Assembly (NCBI GenBank): GCA_963674755.2
Contig: CAXXVS010000003.1
Location: 2,080,001 to 2,144,000, forward strand
Length of the DNA stretch: 64,000 nt
Source: Desulfobacterales bacterium
Lineage (GTDB): Bacteria > Desulfobacterota > Desulfobacteria > Desulfobacterales > UBA5852
Direction: 5' to 3'
Shown here: positions 49,918 to 62,166 of the stretch, piece by piece
How positions within the stretch are numbered: the first letter of the stretch is position 1
Layout: each line of letters starts with the position of its first letter
The notes under the pieces: model-generated
The model's input: the letters and a program-made list of their open reading frames with translations, nothing else
The model's database searches: none
What the model was told of the DNA's origin: nothing
Program-made: the position numbers and the translations under genes

Positions 49918-51240
49918 ATGGATTCTGCATTGATACCCAAAGGAGTCAAACGTTGCCCGATATGGCAATTCGCACTGGGACTCGGCATCGTTGGTGCGGT
50001 TTTGCTGTGGGGTGTTTACGCCATGTTCCTTTGCTGGTTCAAGGGCTTGAACCAGACCAACATGAACGATTACTACGGGTTCGCGTTGTGGATCTGGGCG
50101 GATCTGGCCGTCATTGCCCTGGGGGGCGGCGCGTTTTTCACCGGTCTGCTGAAATACGTCATCGGCAAGGATGATTTGAAAAACATCATCAATTATGCCG
50201 TCTTGATCGGATTTATCTGTTACAGCAGCGCGCTGCTGATTCTGGCCATCGATGTCGGCCAGCCCCTGCGCTCATGGTTTATTTTCTGGCATGCCAATGT
50301 GCATTCCATGTTGACGGAAGTGGCCTTTTGCCTGAGCTGCTATTTCTGTGTGTTGACCATCGAGTATCTCCCGCTCATTTTTGAAAACCGTCAGATCGAT
50401 AAGGTCCCTTTCGTCCACAATCTGACCCATACAATGCATGAATATATGGCCATCTTTGCGGCCACGGGGGCCTTTCTGAGCTTCTTCCACCAGGGTTCCC
50501 TGGGCGGCGTCGCCGGCGTTCTCTTCGGGCGGCCGTTCGCCTACCGCGAGCACTTGTTCATCTGGCCCTGGACCTTTTTTCTGTTTACCTGGTCGGCGGC
50601 CGCCTATGGCCCCTGTTTTACACTTCTGGTCACCCGGATAACCGAAAAAATTACCGGCAAAAAGCTCGTGAAGGATGCTACGGTTCAGCTGCTGGCGAAA
50701 ATCGCCGGCTGGATGATGTTTACCTATATCATTGCCAAGATAATCGATACGATTTACTGGGCCACGACGACGGCCCCCTCCCTGGGCTTCACGCTCAAAG
50801 ATTTCTATACCAACAACCCGGTCTACGGCTATTGGATTCTCATTGCGGAGATCGTCGTGGGCGGCGTGATTCCAGCCCTGATTCTGATCATTCCCCAGTT
50901 GCGGAGCAACCGTCTGCTCTTGACCCTGGCCACTATTCTGGCCGTTGTGGGGGTTTGCCTGGACCGCTGGGTCATGGTGCTGCAGGTCATGGCGATACCG
51001 GTGATGTCGTTTGACAAGTGGGTGATGTACTATCCCAGCTGGCAGGAAGTGGCGACGACCGTCCTGCCGGTGGCCTACGGCATTATCCTGATCATGATTT
51101 CCTATCGCTATCTGCCGATTTTTCCCCAGGAGGCGGAGTTGAACCCTTTGGCGCCGGAAACGCCGGCGGCCGTGGCGGCGGATGCCGAAGAGACGGTGGA
51201 TGAAGGCCCGGAAGCGGATTTAGCGCCCGCTGAGGCGTAA
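49918..51240 (+). CDS. qrcD: Menaquinone reductase integral membrane subunit (NrfD/PsrC family)
   Basis: GLNQTNMNDYYGFALWIWADLAVIALGGGAFFTG, DVGQPLR, HSMLTEV, SFFHQGSLGG, YYPSWQE. Confidence 0.93.
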   Translation: MDSALIPKGVKRCPIWQFALGLGIVGAVLLWGVYAMFLCWFKGLNQTNMNDYYGFALWIWADLAVIALGGGAFFTGLLKYVIGKDDLKNIINYAVLIGFICYSSALLILAIDVGQPLRSWFIFWHANVHSMLTEVAFCLSCYFCVLTIEYLPLIFENRQIDKVPFVHNLTHTMHEYMAIFAATGAFLSFFHQGSLGGVAGVLFGRPFAYREHLFIWPWTFFLFTWSAAAYGPCFTLLVTRITEKITGKKLVKDATVQLLAKIAGWMMFTYIIAKIIDTIYWATTTAPSLGFTLKDFYTNNPVYGYWILIAEIVVGGVIPALILIIPQLRSNRLLLTLATILAVVGVCLDRWVMVLQVMAIPVMSFDKWVMYYPSWQEVATTVLPVAYGIILIMISYRYLPIFPQEAELNPLAPETPAAVAADAEETVDEGPEADLAPAEA

Positions 51241-51264
51241 ACAGGCTTTTAAGGAGGTAAGGCT

Positions 51265-51423
51265 ATGTTCCCATTTAATTTTGAATGGATATGGGATATG
51301 TCGCACATGGTTTTCATGGGGGGGCTGTGGTATGCCCTGAGCATCCTGGGCGCGGGCATGACGTTTTGCATTCTCAAGGCTCTTGTGGACACCTCGGGCG
51401 GTAAAGGCGGCCACCATCATTAA
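51265..51423 (+). CDS. 52-aa membrane protein at the end of the qrc operon (not in the ORF track)
   Basis: AAGGAGGT RBS. MFPFNFEWIWDMSHMVFMGGLWYALSILGAGMTFCILKALVDTSGGKGGHHH*. Lies before the operon terminator. Confidence 0.8.
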   Translation: MFPFNFEWIWDMSHMVFMGGLWYALSILGAGMTFCILKALVDTSGGKGGHHH

Positions 51424-51443
51424 ATTCGATACGTGTTAATGAC

Positions 51444-51485
51444 CGCGCTTCAAGGCTGGGACCATAGCCTTTGAAGCGCGTTTTT
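51444..51485 (+). terminator. Intrinsic terminator of the qrc operon
   Basis: CGCGCTTCAAGGCT-loop-AGCCTTTGAAGCGCG followed by TTTTT. Confidence 0.8.
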
Positions 51486-51590
51486 CTCGAATTTCTGCAG
51501 CACGTTTCTGGCGCCCAATTTTGTACGAGGCTGCCGTCCCGATCCCGGCGCGCTTTTTTCTAAAATCCCATTCCCTAAAAGTCATCCACC

Positions 51591-52844
51591 ATGGATAGAA
51601 TTATCGTTGAGGGCGGCAAACGCCTGCAGGGCACGGTCGCCATATCCGGTTCCAAAAACGCCGCGCTGCCCATCCTGACGTCGGCCCTGCTCACGGATGG
51701 TCGTTGCACGTTCAGCAATGTCCCCGATCTTCAGGATATCCGCAGTATCCTGCGTCTCCTGGAAAGCCTCGGGGCCGCCGTGCAGCAAGACGGACACAGC
51801 GTCGCTATCGATGCCACCCGATTAGCCGCCAGTGAGGCCCCTTACGATCTGGTGCGCAAAATGCGGGCCTCCATCCTTGTACTCTGCCCTCTTGTAGCGC
51901 GACTTGGGCATGCGCGGGTCTCTCTGCCAGGGGGCTGCGCCATTGGCGCCCGCCCTATCAACTTGCATCTGCGGGGCTTGGAGCGCCTGGGTGCCACTAT
52001 CGATATTCGCCACGGCTATGTGGAAGCCCGGGCCGACCGCTTGAAGGGAGCCGAAATTTTTTTCGATACCGTGACTGTCACCGGAACGGAGAATATCCTG
52101 ATGGCAGCGGTGCTGGCAGATGGGGTCACGGTGTTGCGCAATGCGGCCCGCGAACCGGAAGTCGTGGCCTTGGCTCAAGTTCTGACGCAAATGGGAGCGG
52201 ATATCCAGGGCGCCGGAACATCGGTGGTGACCATCAGCGGCGTCAAAGCGCTTAAACCGACCCAGGCGGTCATCATCCCGGATCGGATTGAAGCCGGCAC
52301 CTTCATGGCGGCAGCGGCCCTGTCCGGGGGTGAGGTAACCCTGACTCAATGCCAACCGGACCACCTCAGCGCTGTATGCGACAAATTCGAGCAGGCCGGG
52401 GTGGGCATCACGCGGAACGATACCACGATACAGATCAGCGAGACGCCGACCATCAAAAGCGTGGACATGCGCACCCAGACCTATCCTGGTTTCCCAACGG
52501 ATATGCAGGCGCAGTTCATGGTGATGATGGCCTGTGCCGACGGGCAGAGTATCATCAAAGAAACGATTTTCGAGAACCGCTTTATCCATGTCAGTGAATT
52601 ACGCCGTCTGGGCGCGGATATTACCGTTTCCGGGGATACCGCGGTGGTGCGCGGTGTGAAATCGCTTCTGGGAGCTCCGGTGATGGCCTCGGATTTGCGT
52701 GCCAGTGCATCCCTCGTTCTAGCCGGATTGGTGGCCCAGGGCACAACCGAAATCAACCGTGTCTATCACATCGATCGCGGTTACGAGCGCATTGAAGAAA
52801 AATTGCGCCAGATCGGGGCCTCGATCTGGCGTGCAAAAGCATAA
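51591..52844 (+). CDS. murA: UDP-N-acetylglucosamine 1-carboxyvinyltransferase
   Basis: [56 protein letters not shown]. Confidence 0.97.
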   Translation: MDRIIVEGGKRLQGTVAISGSKNAALPILTSALLTDGRCTFSNVPDLQDIRSILRLLESLGAAVQQDGHSVAIDATRLAASEAPYDLVRKMRASILVLCPLVARLGHARVSLPGGCAIGARPINLHLRGLERLGATIDIRHGYVEARADRLKGAEIFFDTVTVTGTENILMAAVLADGVTVLRNAAREPEVVALAQVLTQMGADIQGAGTSVVTISGVKALKPTQAVIIPDRIEAGTFMAAAALSGGEVTLTQCQPDHLSAVCDKFEQAGVGITRNDTTIQISETPTIKSVDMRTQTYPGFPTDMQAQFMVMMACADGQSIIKETIFENRFIHVSELRRLGADITVSGDTAVVRGVKSLLGAPVMASDLRASASLVLAGLVAQGTTEINRVYHIDRGYERIEEKLRQIGASIWRAKA

Positions 52845-53111
52845 CCCCTCTTTTCTCACAGCGGACCAATAGCCGTTCGCAACCCTCTGCAAGCACCCCC
52901 TCCGGGGGGCTATTGTCGGAGGCGTTACGAATTCCCGCTATGGCATCGATTGTGTGCCTTGTCCGCCAGCCGTCAATTCCTCATGATGTCACCGTTTTTT
53001 AACGCAAAACCGCCGGCCGAGCAGGTAGCTTTCGCTTGAGCGGGGGTGACCTCCGGTCCTCAGCGTGATATTGAGTCCATAGCGATGACCATACCAGACG
53101 GACGCCTGTAA

Positions 53112-55621
53112 ATGACTGCCGGAACCTTTTTACCTTTTACCAGCACCGACCCCGCAGGCTTTTCAAGACCTTACCGTCGCCCCTTGCTCCCGGTCGCTAT
53201 AGCGTTGGCGGCCGGTATTATAGCCGGCGGCGCCTGGCCGGGCCGTTTAGATCTCGTCTCGGTTGTGGGGTGCCTGGCCTTGGTGCGGGTGGTCTATGCC
53301 TGGCATCACCACCGCAGTGCCCGCCTGGCGCCTCATCTTCTGGTGGGCCTGCTGGGATATGCGTTGATTTCGCCCTGGTTGCCCGCGGAACTGCCGGCCA
53401 ATCATATCGCGCACTATACCGATTCCCGTCGCTGGCAGATCGAAGGCATCGTAGTCCAGTGGTTGCCGGCCCGCTACGGGCGATCACGTCTCCTGATGCA
53501 GGTGTCGCAGTTGGCAGACCCGCACCAGACCATCGCGGTCACAGGACGCATTCGGCTCACCATCGCCGGAGAAGTTCCCGTCATTGAACCGGGAACGCGG
53601 CTGGCATTTTCCGGCCGGATCCGGTCTTTCCATAATTTCAGCAATCCCGGTGGCTTCGATTATCGCCGCCATATGCAGCTGCAACGGGTATATGGGTCGG
53701 CTTTCGTAGGGTCAGACGGTCTGCGCATCGGGGATCCGGGCAAGATCACCAGAGGGTCGGCCATGGTGCGCTATCGATGGCGGGCACGCCGGATGATCGA
53801 GCAAGTTGCCGGTTCAAGCACCCAATCCGTTCTAAAGGCGCTTCTCATCGGCGATCGCCAGGCCGTTTCCCCGGATCAGCGTCAGCTGTTCAACCGTTGC
53901 GGGATCGGTCACCTGCTGGCCATTTCCGGCTTGCATATCGGGATTGTCGGAGGATTTGTCTTCGCCCTAAGCCTTTGGGGCTTGAACCGGTGGCCGACCA
54001 TCTTGGAGCGCGGATGGGGAAGACGGGGTGCGGCCTTGCTGGCCATCGGACCAATGGTCTTCTACGCCGTTCTGGCCGGGTTGGCGCCCGCTACGCAACG
54101 GGCCTTGATCATGGTTTTGGCCGTCATGGCGACCTACTTTGTCTATAAGGAAAAGGATACCCTCAACTTTTTGGCTCTGGCGGCCGTGCTAATGCTGATT
54201 TGGGAGCCGGCGGCTCTCTTTTCCGTTTCCTTCCAGATGTCGTTTGCCGCCGTATTTTGGATCGTCGTGGGATTAGCAGCCCTTGGATGGCGAAAGGAAT
54301 CCCGTATTCGTAAGGCAACAAAATGGGGTGACCGCGTCGGCGCCTTTTTGCGAATAACATTGTGGGCCACCCTGGGAACCCTTCCGTTCGTCATGACCTA
54401 TTTTCAGGAGGTTTCCCTCGTCGGTATCTTCACCAACGGCATCATGGTGCCCTTGATCGGTTTTTTCGTCTTGCCAGTCGGGCTTTTGGCGCTCTTGGTG
54501 CTCCCTTTCAACGCGGTTTTGGCCGGCGGGTTAATTCAGGTGGCGGGTTGGGGACTTGCCCATGCCCTCGACGGCTTGGAAGCCCTTGGCAGGCTGGATG
54601 GGATCGCCCTCTCAACTTTTGTGCCGACTATACCGGAAATCGCCTGTTATTATGGGGCGCTGGGTTTGGTGGTGATGCGGCGCCGAATCAAACCGGTTCG
54701 CTGGTTGGCCGTATTGGTCGCGGTCGTCATGGCGGTCGATGCGGGTTACTGGTTGCACGAGCGTTTCTGGCATGATGACCTGCGGGTCACCATACTGGAC
54801 GTCGGACAAGGCAGCTCCGCCCTGCTGGAATTCCCCGGGGGCAAGACCATGCTGATCGATGGGGGCGGGTTCACCGATAATCGGTTTTTTGACGTGGGCC
54901 AGCGCATTATCGCCCCTTTTTTACGATATCGTAAGATCCTGCGGATCGATACCGTGGCCTTGAGTCATCCCAGCAGCGACCATATGAACGGCCTGGTATA
55001 TGTCCTTTCCCATTTTCACCCCCAAGAGCTGCTCTGGACCGGCGACCGGGCCGCTACCGCGAGTTTCGAAACCTTTCATCAAACCGTCGTCAACAGCGGT
55101 GTCCATCTATCCGATATCACGCGCGGGGACCGCCACATGACCATGGGCGAAGTGGACGTGGTGATACTCCATCCGGAGCTTAAAGACTTGCGACCGCATC
55201 ACCATTTATCAGGGGCAGATTTCAATAACCATTCGATGGTTATCAAAGTGGCGATGGGCGCCTGCGGCATCCTTTTCCCGGGTGATATCGAGATGCCTGC
55301 GGAAGAAAGGCTTGTCGCTTGCTGTCGCCAGCAATTGGCAAGCCAGGTCCTTGTGGCGCCTCACCATGGCAGCCGGACATCAGTTCGACGATCTTTCTGG
55401 AGGCCGTGCGCCCGGACAGAATCGTTGTATCAGCCGGCTGGCGGAATCGGTTCGGCTTTCCCCACGCCGCTGTTCTCAAGCGTTATCGGGCTCTGGGAAG
55501 TCGCATCTATCGCACGGACGACCATGGGGCTGTTGTGCTTCGAACCGATGGACATCAATGGCGCACGTCTACGCAGTTGGATCGAGAAACGGTTCAGCAG
55601 GAAGCGCTCGCGATGCCGTAG
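53112..55621 (+). pseudogene. comEC: ComEC/Rec2 DNA uptake protein with a frameshift near 55381 (genuine lesion or sequence error)
   Basis: NPGGFDY, HLLAISGLH, LDVGQG, LIDGG, LSHPSSDHMNG, APHHGSRTS. The conserved tail SSTIFLEAVRPDRIVVSAGWRNRFGFPH...YRTDDHGAV lies in another frame ending at 55621. Confidence 0.85.
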
Positions 55622-56070
55622 CCGAAAGGCACCGAAAAATCTTCGGGGTGTTCTGCTCGCAGGAGGAGTGAAGACGGTTTTACATGGCTGCCGCATTTTG
55701 CCCGGACGTTGCGAAGTTACGAACGCTCCATCCCGGCGGCATGCTGGAGGGGGAGGCAGATCCACCGTCCTATCGATGCGGCGCTGTTCTCGGCTAGGCT
55801 AGCCTCACTTCGGCTAGTGATCGAAAAAGGATTCCTGCCTTGATATCTTCTTCATATTCCGTTAGGCTAAAAATGCTTATGTCTAATTGCGCTAAAGCAG
55901 AAGACCCCTGCGGTTCCGGTTCTTGAAGGGCCCTGCCGGAGTGTTCCCGCATGCCACGCCAGGCAATAAGGCGTTTGATACCGGATTCAATCATGAGGCT
56001 TGCCGATGCCTCTATTTTTTTATGCGGCAGGCTTCCCGTGGATCGGATGATCGGAGAACAGGAGATAAAC

Positions 56071-57078
56071 ATGGCGGAAAAAGATACTTTCAAGGCTTTC
56101 CTCGTGAGCGAAACCACAGACGGTCAGTACCAGCGGACGATCACCGAACGCGCGCTGAGCGATTTACCGGATCATGAAGTTCTCATCCGGGTGCACTACT
56201 CCTCGCTCAACTACAAGGATGCTTTGTCGGCCCATGGCAATAAGGGGGTTACCCGACAGTATCCCCACACCCCCGGCATTGATGCGGCGGGTATCGTCGT
56301 TGCCAGTCGGAACCCATCGTTTGGCCAAGGGGATGCCGTCCTGGTGACGGGGTTTGATTTGGGCATGAATACTTCCGGAGGGTTGGGGGCCTACATCCGC
56401 GTTCCGGCGGATTGGGTCATTCCCCTACCCTCAGAGCTTTCCTTGAAGGACAGCATGATTTACGGCACCGCCGGTTTTACGGCTGCCATGAGCATCCAGC
56501 GGCTGGTGCAACACGGCGTGACACCGGATAAAGGCGAGATCCTTGTCTCCGGGGCCACCGGTGGCGTGGGTTCCCTGGCGGTGGCCATGCTCAGCCATAT
56601 GGGGTACAGCCCTGTAGCGGTCAGCGGGAAATCCACAGCGGAATCGTTTTTGAAAACGCTTGGCGCCCGGTCGGTTATAAGCCGGGACGAGGCGGAGTCG
56701 CAGGCTGAAAAACCCATCCTCAAGGCGCGTTGGGCCGGCGTTGTCGATACGGTGGGCGGCAAAATTCTGTCCCAGGCCATTAAATCGACCCGTTATGGCG
56801 GGGCGGTCACCTGTTGCGGGCTGGTGGCTTCGCCCCAGTTGTCCTTAACCGTTTTTCCTTTTATCCTGCGCGGGGTGGCGCTGTATGGCATCGATTCGGC
56901 GGAGTGTGGCCGTGATTTACGTCTGCTGCTTTGGAAAAATTTGGCGGGGGCTTGGCGGCCGGATTGTTTGGCCGGCTTGAGCAGGGAAATTGAGCTGGAA
57001 GATGTTGATCAGTACATGGCCATGCTGTTGAAAGGCGACAATCAGGGGCGCATCGTTGTCCGCATGCCAGGCGCCTAA
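56071..57078 (+). CDS. YhdH/AcuI family MDR oxidoreductase (acryloyl-CoA reductase-like)
   Basis: YSSLNYKDAL, PGIDAAG, GTAGFTA, LVSGATGGVGS, VDTVGG, VFPFILRGV. AGGAG RBS. Confidence 0.9.
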   Translation: MAEKDTFKAFLVSETTDGQYQRTITERALSDLPDHEVLIRVHYSSLNYKDALSAHGNKGVTRQYPHTPGIDAAGIVVASRNPSFGQGDAVLVTGFDLGMNTSGGLGAYIRVPADWVIPLPSELSLKDSMIYGTAGFTAAMSIQRLVQHGVTPDKGEILVSGATGGVGSLAVAMLSHMGYSPVAVSGKSTAESFLKTLGARSVISRDEAESQAEKPILKARWAGVVDTVGGKILSQAIKSTRYGGAVTCCGLVASPQLSLTVFPFILRGVALYGIDSAECGRDLRLLLWKNLAGAWRPDCLAGLSREIELEDVDQYMAMLLKGDNQGRIVVRMPGA

Positions 57079-57156
57079 AACGGGAATGCCACCACCGTGA
57101 CGGGTGCCGTCAACCGTTGCTTGCCGGCGGCTGATGGCAATCAGGGAGAATACACG

Positions 57157-57444
57157 ATGAACAAGTTTACGATCGCCGGGCTTTGCGCATGGCTGGTTAG
57201 TCTCGTCATTGTCGGATTTCAAGCCATCACGAGCCTGATGCAACAAAGCGGTACTGGCGACTGGGGGGCGCCCCCGGGGGGCTGGAGTGAGTTGGCCCTT
57301 GTCGATCTGATCGGGGGCGAGCGACTTTATTGGGCGGCAGATTATGACTGGCTGGCCTATATTTTCACGATGCCCCTATATATCCTACTTTTCATCGTGG
57401 GGTTGTTGTTCATCATTTTAGGGGTGGTGTTCTGGCGGAAATAA
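57157..57444 (+). CDS. Small two-TM membrane protein of unknown function
   Basis: GGGAG RBS, two hydrophobic segments, basic C-terminus. Confidence 0.65.
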   Translation: MNKFTIAGLCAWLVSLVIVGFQAITSLMQQSGTGDWGAPPGGWSELALVDLIGGERLYWAADYDWLAYIFTMPLYILLFIVGLLFIILGVVFWRK

Positions 57445-57717
57445 GACGTTTAGGATCTGGTGCTCTAAGAAACATGGCGCCATAGTCGCCATGAAGGGCC
57501 GGCAGTTTGGAAGTGCGCGTCCCGAATAATGTGCTCATCGCATCATACCGTATATTCCTCCTAACCAAGCCCCTCCCTATTGATATGGCGTGGTGCCGCC
57601 AGGTTCCCCCCCATCCGTGCCTCCCCATTCCCACGCACCAAATCATTTTGGGTTCCAGATTGTCTTCGCAAAGCAAACGCTTCGGCGGCTTCCGCAAGTT
57701 CCCGGGCCGTCCCGGCC

Positions 57718-59550
57718 TTATTCGACATACACGGACTGGCCAGGATAAATAGTGCTGCGTGACGAAAGGCGGTTGATCTCCAGAAACCGATCCAGCGGCA
57801 TCTGGTGGGATTGAGCAATCTTAAACGGACTGTCGCCGGATTGTACCTGGTAGGTCTTCATGCCATCCATCTGGCGGGCAGGCATCGGTTTCGCAGTGAT
57901 CTGGAGCTTTTGCCCCTTATAAAGCCGGGTCCCGGACAGGCCGTTGAGATGTTGGATGGATTTTACCGTCGTGCCGTATTTGCGTGCGATATTCCACAAA
58001 GAATCGCCGCGTCGGACCACGTGATAAGCGGGCCGTTGAGAAGGGATTCCCTGCGCCCGGGCAGGTTGTGAGGCGTAGGTATACCCCTTACCGGGAATTT
58101 TTAGACGTTTGCCGGCGCGAATCAGGGTGCCGCGCATGTTGTTGGCGCGCTGGATTCGGGCGACGCTGGTTCGGTAGCGCCGCGCAATCGTCGAGAGGCT
58201 TTCGCCGGAACGTACCCGATGGTAGACATAGGCCGGTTGGGGCAGGGAAGCTGTGCGAACGTTTTCGATTTGCGCCAGCAGAAGCTCGCTCGTACCGACA
58301 GGAATTTTCAAGGCGTAGGTGGCCGGCGGCACAATTTTATAGCGCAGTTCAGGATTCATTTCGCGCAGCATTGATTCAGGCACATCAAGGATCTTGGCTG
58401 CGTCACGCAGGTGAATCTGGCGGTTGATCGTGGCGGTCTCGTAGTCCAGGGCAGGATCGATTTGGGCAAGGTCAAGACCGTATTTTTCGGGGGCACTGAG
58501 AATATGCAGGGTTGCCAGAAAACGCGGTACGTAACGTGCCGTCTCCCGCGGCAGGCGCTCATAGAGATCCCAGAAATTATCCAGATAGTTCACGTTCTGC
58601 GTCTTGATGACGCGCAGGACGCGCCCTTCGCCACAATTGTAGGCGGCGAGCACGGTGGTCCAATCGCCAAAAATATTATGGAGTTCCCTGAGATAGGCAA
58701 TGGCCGCCCGGGTGGATTTGTCGGGATCCATGCGCTCATCGATAAAACGGTCGCGCTTGAGGCCGAATTTGTAACCGGTGGAAGGGATAAATTGCCATAA
58801 GCCCAAAGCACGGGCGCGTGACAGGGCCTTGACGTTGAAGCCGCTTTCGATCAAAGGCAGCCAGGACAATTCCTCCGGGAGCCCGGCTTCCTTCAACTCG
58901 GCCACAATGCGGGGCCGATAGCGGCCGGATCGCTGGAGCGCATGCTGAAAAAACGTTTTTTCCACGCCGGTGGTGAAGCGCTTGATTTCGGCTTCCACAT
59001 GGCGGTTCATGTCCAAGGGGATGGCATTGTGGCTGCCATTGACCACAATGTTGCGCGATGCATAGATTTCCAGGATACGTTTGGAAATCATGAAACGCAG
59101 ATCCTCCTTTTCCTGAATCAGTTTGAAATCGTCCTGGGGCTCGACTTCGAGGATTAGCAGGTAGGCTTGATCCAGCGCATCGACCGCTTTCTCAAGTTCG
59201 CCTCTTTGCCAATATTCCTGCGAATCCCGGCATAATTCCAAGGCATCGTCCAGTCTGGCCTGGGCTGTTTTGGGGTTGTTATCCTCAGATGCGGGAGCGT
59301 CATTGGCGGTTGCGGTGGTCGGCAGCGCGCTATCGTTCGTTTCGGTCGACACGGCACGGTTGTCGGCGTTTTGATAGACGTTTTCTTCAAGGTCCACGTA
59401 GGAGGGAGGTGGTGTTTCAGCCGCCGTTCCGGACGGTGCGGAGGATGTCATTGGGGCTGAGTCCGTCGAAGGCATGATCGTCGTGCATCCGCTGAACAGA
59501 ACGCTGAGACCTAACACAAGGGCAATAATGTGGTTTCGTTTCAAAATCAT
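57718..59550 (-). CDS. mltD: MltD-like lytic transglycosylase lipoprotein with three LysM domains
   Basis: Lipobox LFSG-C, LPLIESGF, ALGLWQF, LAAYNCGEG, LPRETARYVP, three LysM repeats. Confidence 0.92.
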   Translation of the reverse strand: MILKRNHIIALVLGLSVLFSGCTTIMPSTDSAPMTSSAPSGTAAETPPPSYVDLEENVYQNADNRAVSTETNDSALPTTATANDAPASEDNNPKTAQARLDDALELCRDSQEYWQRGELEKAVDALDQAYLLILEVEPQDDFKLIQEKEDLRFMISKRILEIYASRNIVVNGSHNAIPLDMNRHVEAEIKRFTTGVEKTFFQHALQRSGRYRPRIVAELKEAGLPEELSWLPLIESGFNVKALSRARALGLWQFIPSTGYKFGLKRDRFIDERMDPDKSTRAAIAYLRELHNIFGDWTTVLAAYNCGEGRVLRVIKTQNVNYLDNFWDLYERLPRETARYVPRFLATLHILSAPEKYGLDLAQIDPALDYETATINRQIHLRDAAKILDVPESMLREMNPELRYKIVPPATYALKIPVGTSELLLAQIENVRTASLPQPAYVYHRVRSGESLSTIARRYRTSVARIQRANNMRGTLIRAGKRLKIPGKGYTYASQPARAQGIPSQRPAYHVVRRGDSLWNIARKYGTTVKSIQHLNGLSGTRLYKGQKLQITAKPMPARQMDGMKTYQVQSGDSPFKIAQSHQMPLDRFLEINRLSSRSTIYPGQSVYVE

Positions 59551-59601
59551 CTCACTTTGTATAGATTGATGGACCAGAGAAAAACATTGTATCTTCGACT
59601 C

Positions 59602-59629
59602 GTTATACATCGCAGTGTCAGTTTGTCAA
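59602..59629 (-). promoter_or_regulatory. sigma70 promoter of mltD
   Basis: TTGACA-16 nt-TATAAC on the minus strand. It overlaps the track's ATG at 59610, which favours the 59550 start. Confidence 0.65.
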
Positions 59630-60111
59630 GGCGTTATCGAGGCGCGCCGGGCAATGCTGTAGCCGTAATGGCGCTTGACACCAACGGTTTTGCGGACCAT
59701 TACAGGAGCCCCTCCCAAGGGCCTGCGCCGCCCTGAGAGAGGCGCTGGCTTCCTTATCGGCTGGTTAAGGGGCACCTTTAGCACGATCGCCCAAAAGGGT
59801 GGGGTGAAAAATCGGGGCCGGACAGGTAGCGGCCTTTACGACAGGCTGGTCAGGGCCTATATTAAAAAGGTTATACAGAGGGACTCCATCGTGCTATGAA
59901 TTCATCAAAATATTAAGATAATGTTTGATTTTTGATGAAAACGGGCTTATATGGCGCCTTATATCGTTTTAAACTGTTTAAATATTTTTTTATTTGTAAA
60001 TTTAGGTCTTGTGTTTGTAATAAAAGACCGGTAAAAAACGATGTTTTATTTCGGTCGATCATCGGCGGCTGGTGCCGGTACGCGTTGATTACAATTGTAG
60101 GGCGGTTTCGA

Positions 60112-60187
60112 GCCAGCGTAGCTCAGTTGGTAGAGCTACTGATTTGTAATCAGTGGGTCGGGGGTTCGAGTCCCTTCGCTGGCTCCA
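60112..60187 (+). tRNA. tRNA-Thr(TGT)
   Basis: GCCAGCG...CTGAT-TTGTAA-TCAG...GGTTCGAGT...CGCTGGCTCCA. Confidence 0.97.
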
Positions 60188-60199
60188 GTTTGATCTCAA

Positions 60200-60284
60200 G
60201 GTGGGGTTCCCGAGCGGTCAAAGGGAACAGACTGTAAATCTGTCGGCGATGCCTTCGGAGGTTCAAATCCTCCCCCCACCACCA
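60200..60284 (+). tRNA. tRNA-Tyr(GTA)
   Basis: GGTGGGG...ACAGA-CTGTAAA-TCTGT, long variable arm, CCCCACCACCA. Confidence 0.97.
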
Positions 60285-60424
60285 GCCAGAATGAGGGCCT
60301 GTGGCAGGAGATTCACGTTTGGGACGTGAATCAGTCGAACTGCAGGGCTTCCTGCGAATCCGAAATTTGATGACGGGCAAAGGGGGAGGATCGCGGCCCA
60401 TACCGTCGATTCCAATAGAACCAG

Positions 60425-60500
60425 GCGGGAGTAGCTCAGTTGGTAGAGCTTCAGCCTTCCAAGCTGAATGTCGCGAGTTCGAGCCTCGTCTCCCGCTCCA
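60425..60500 (+). tRNA. tRNA-Gly(TCC)
   Basis: GCGGGAG...TCAGC-CTTCCAA-GCTGA...CTCCCGCTCCA. Confidence 0.97.
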
Positions 60501-60555
60501 AACAAAAATCGATTGGTTTGCAACGTTATTAGCAAGGTGCACAATTTGGTCATGA

Positions 60556-60632
60556 GCCCACGTAGCTCAGTCGGTAGAGCGCTTCCTTGGTAAGGAAGAG
60601 GTCCACCGGTTCGATTCCGGTCGTGGGCTCCA
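60556..60632 (+). tRNA. tRNA-Thr(GGT)
   Basis: GCCCACG...TTCCT-TGGTA-AGGAA...GGTTCGATT...CGTGGGCTCCA. Confidence 0.97.
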
Positions 60633-60737
60633 CATTTCCTCTAAACGGCGACCGTCTGGAAAAGTGTGGCGTCGGTGCGTCTTTTTATGTTTTTGGATAA
60701 AAATACGTTTTAAGCCTTTTCACAGGAGGAAGAGAAG

Positions 60738-61931
<1,194 letters not shown>

Positions 61932-61952
61932 TTTTAGTGAAGGAGTTTCCAG

Positions 61953-62102
61953 GTGCGAATTATAGTGACCCTCGCCTGCCAGGAGTGCAAGCGACGCAAT
62001 TATACGACGACGAAGAATAAACGGACAACGCCGGACAAGCTGGAGTTCAGCAAGTACTGTCGTTTCTGTGGTAAGCATACGAACCATCGCGAAACCAAAT
62101 AG
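61953..62102 (+). CDS. rpmG: 50S ribosomal protein L33 (zinc-binding form)
   Basis: Not in the track. GTG start after [55 protein letters not shown]. Confidence 0.97.
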   Translation: MRIIVTLACQECKRRNYTTTKNKRTTPDKLEFSKYCRFCGKHTNHRETK

Positions 62103-62166
62103 TTTTGCCATCCAACGGGTGGTGTCGCCATCGGCCATGCGGCCGATGGCAGCGGGAAAGGTTTGC

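Noticed and set aside
53001..53030. ACGCAAAACCGCCGGCC resembling part of a c-di-GMP-I riboswitch upstream of comEC
   Set aside because: The upstream GGCAAA/GAAA-tetraloop stem is missing, so the match is only fragmentary.
55622..55802. C-terminal extension of the 896-aa comEC ORF
   Set aside because: It is out-of-frame read-through caused by the frameshift, not a real domain.
59890..60050. AT-rich patch as foreign DNA, or ORF 59932-60237
   Set aside because: It fits the promoter region of the highly expressed tRNA-tuf operon, and the ORF overlaps tRNA genes.
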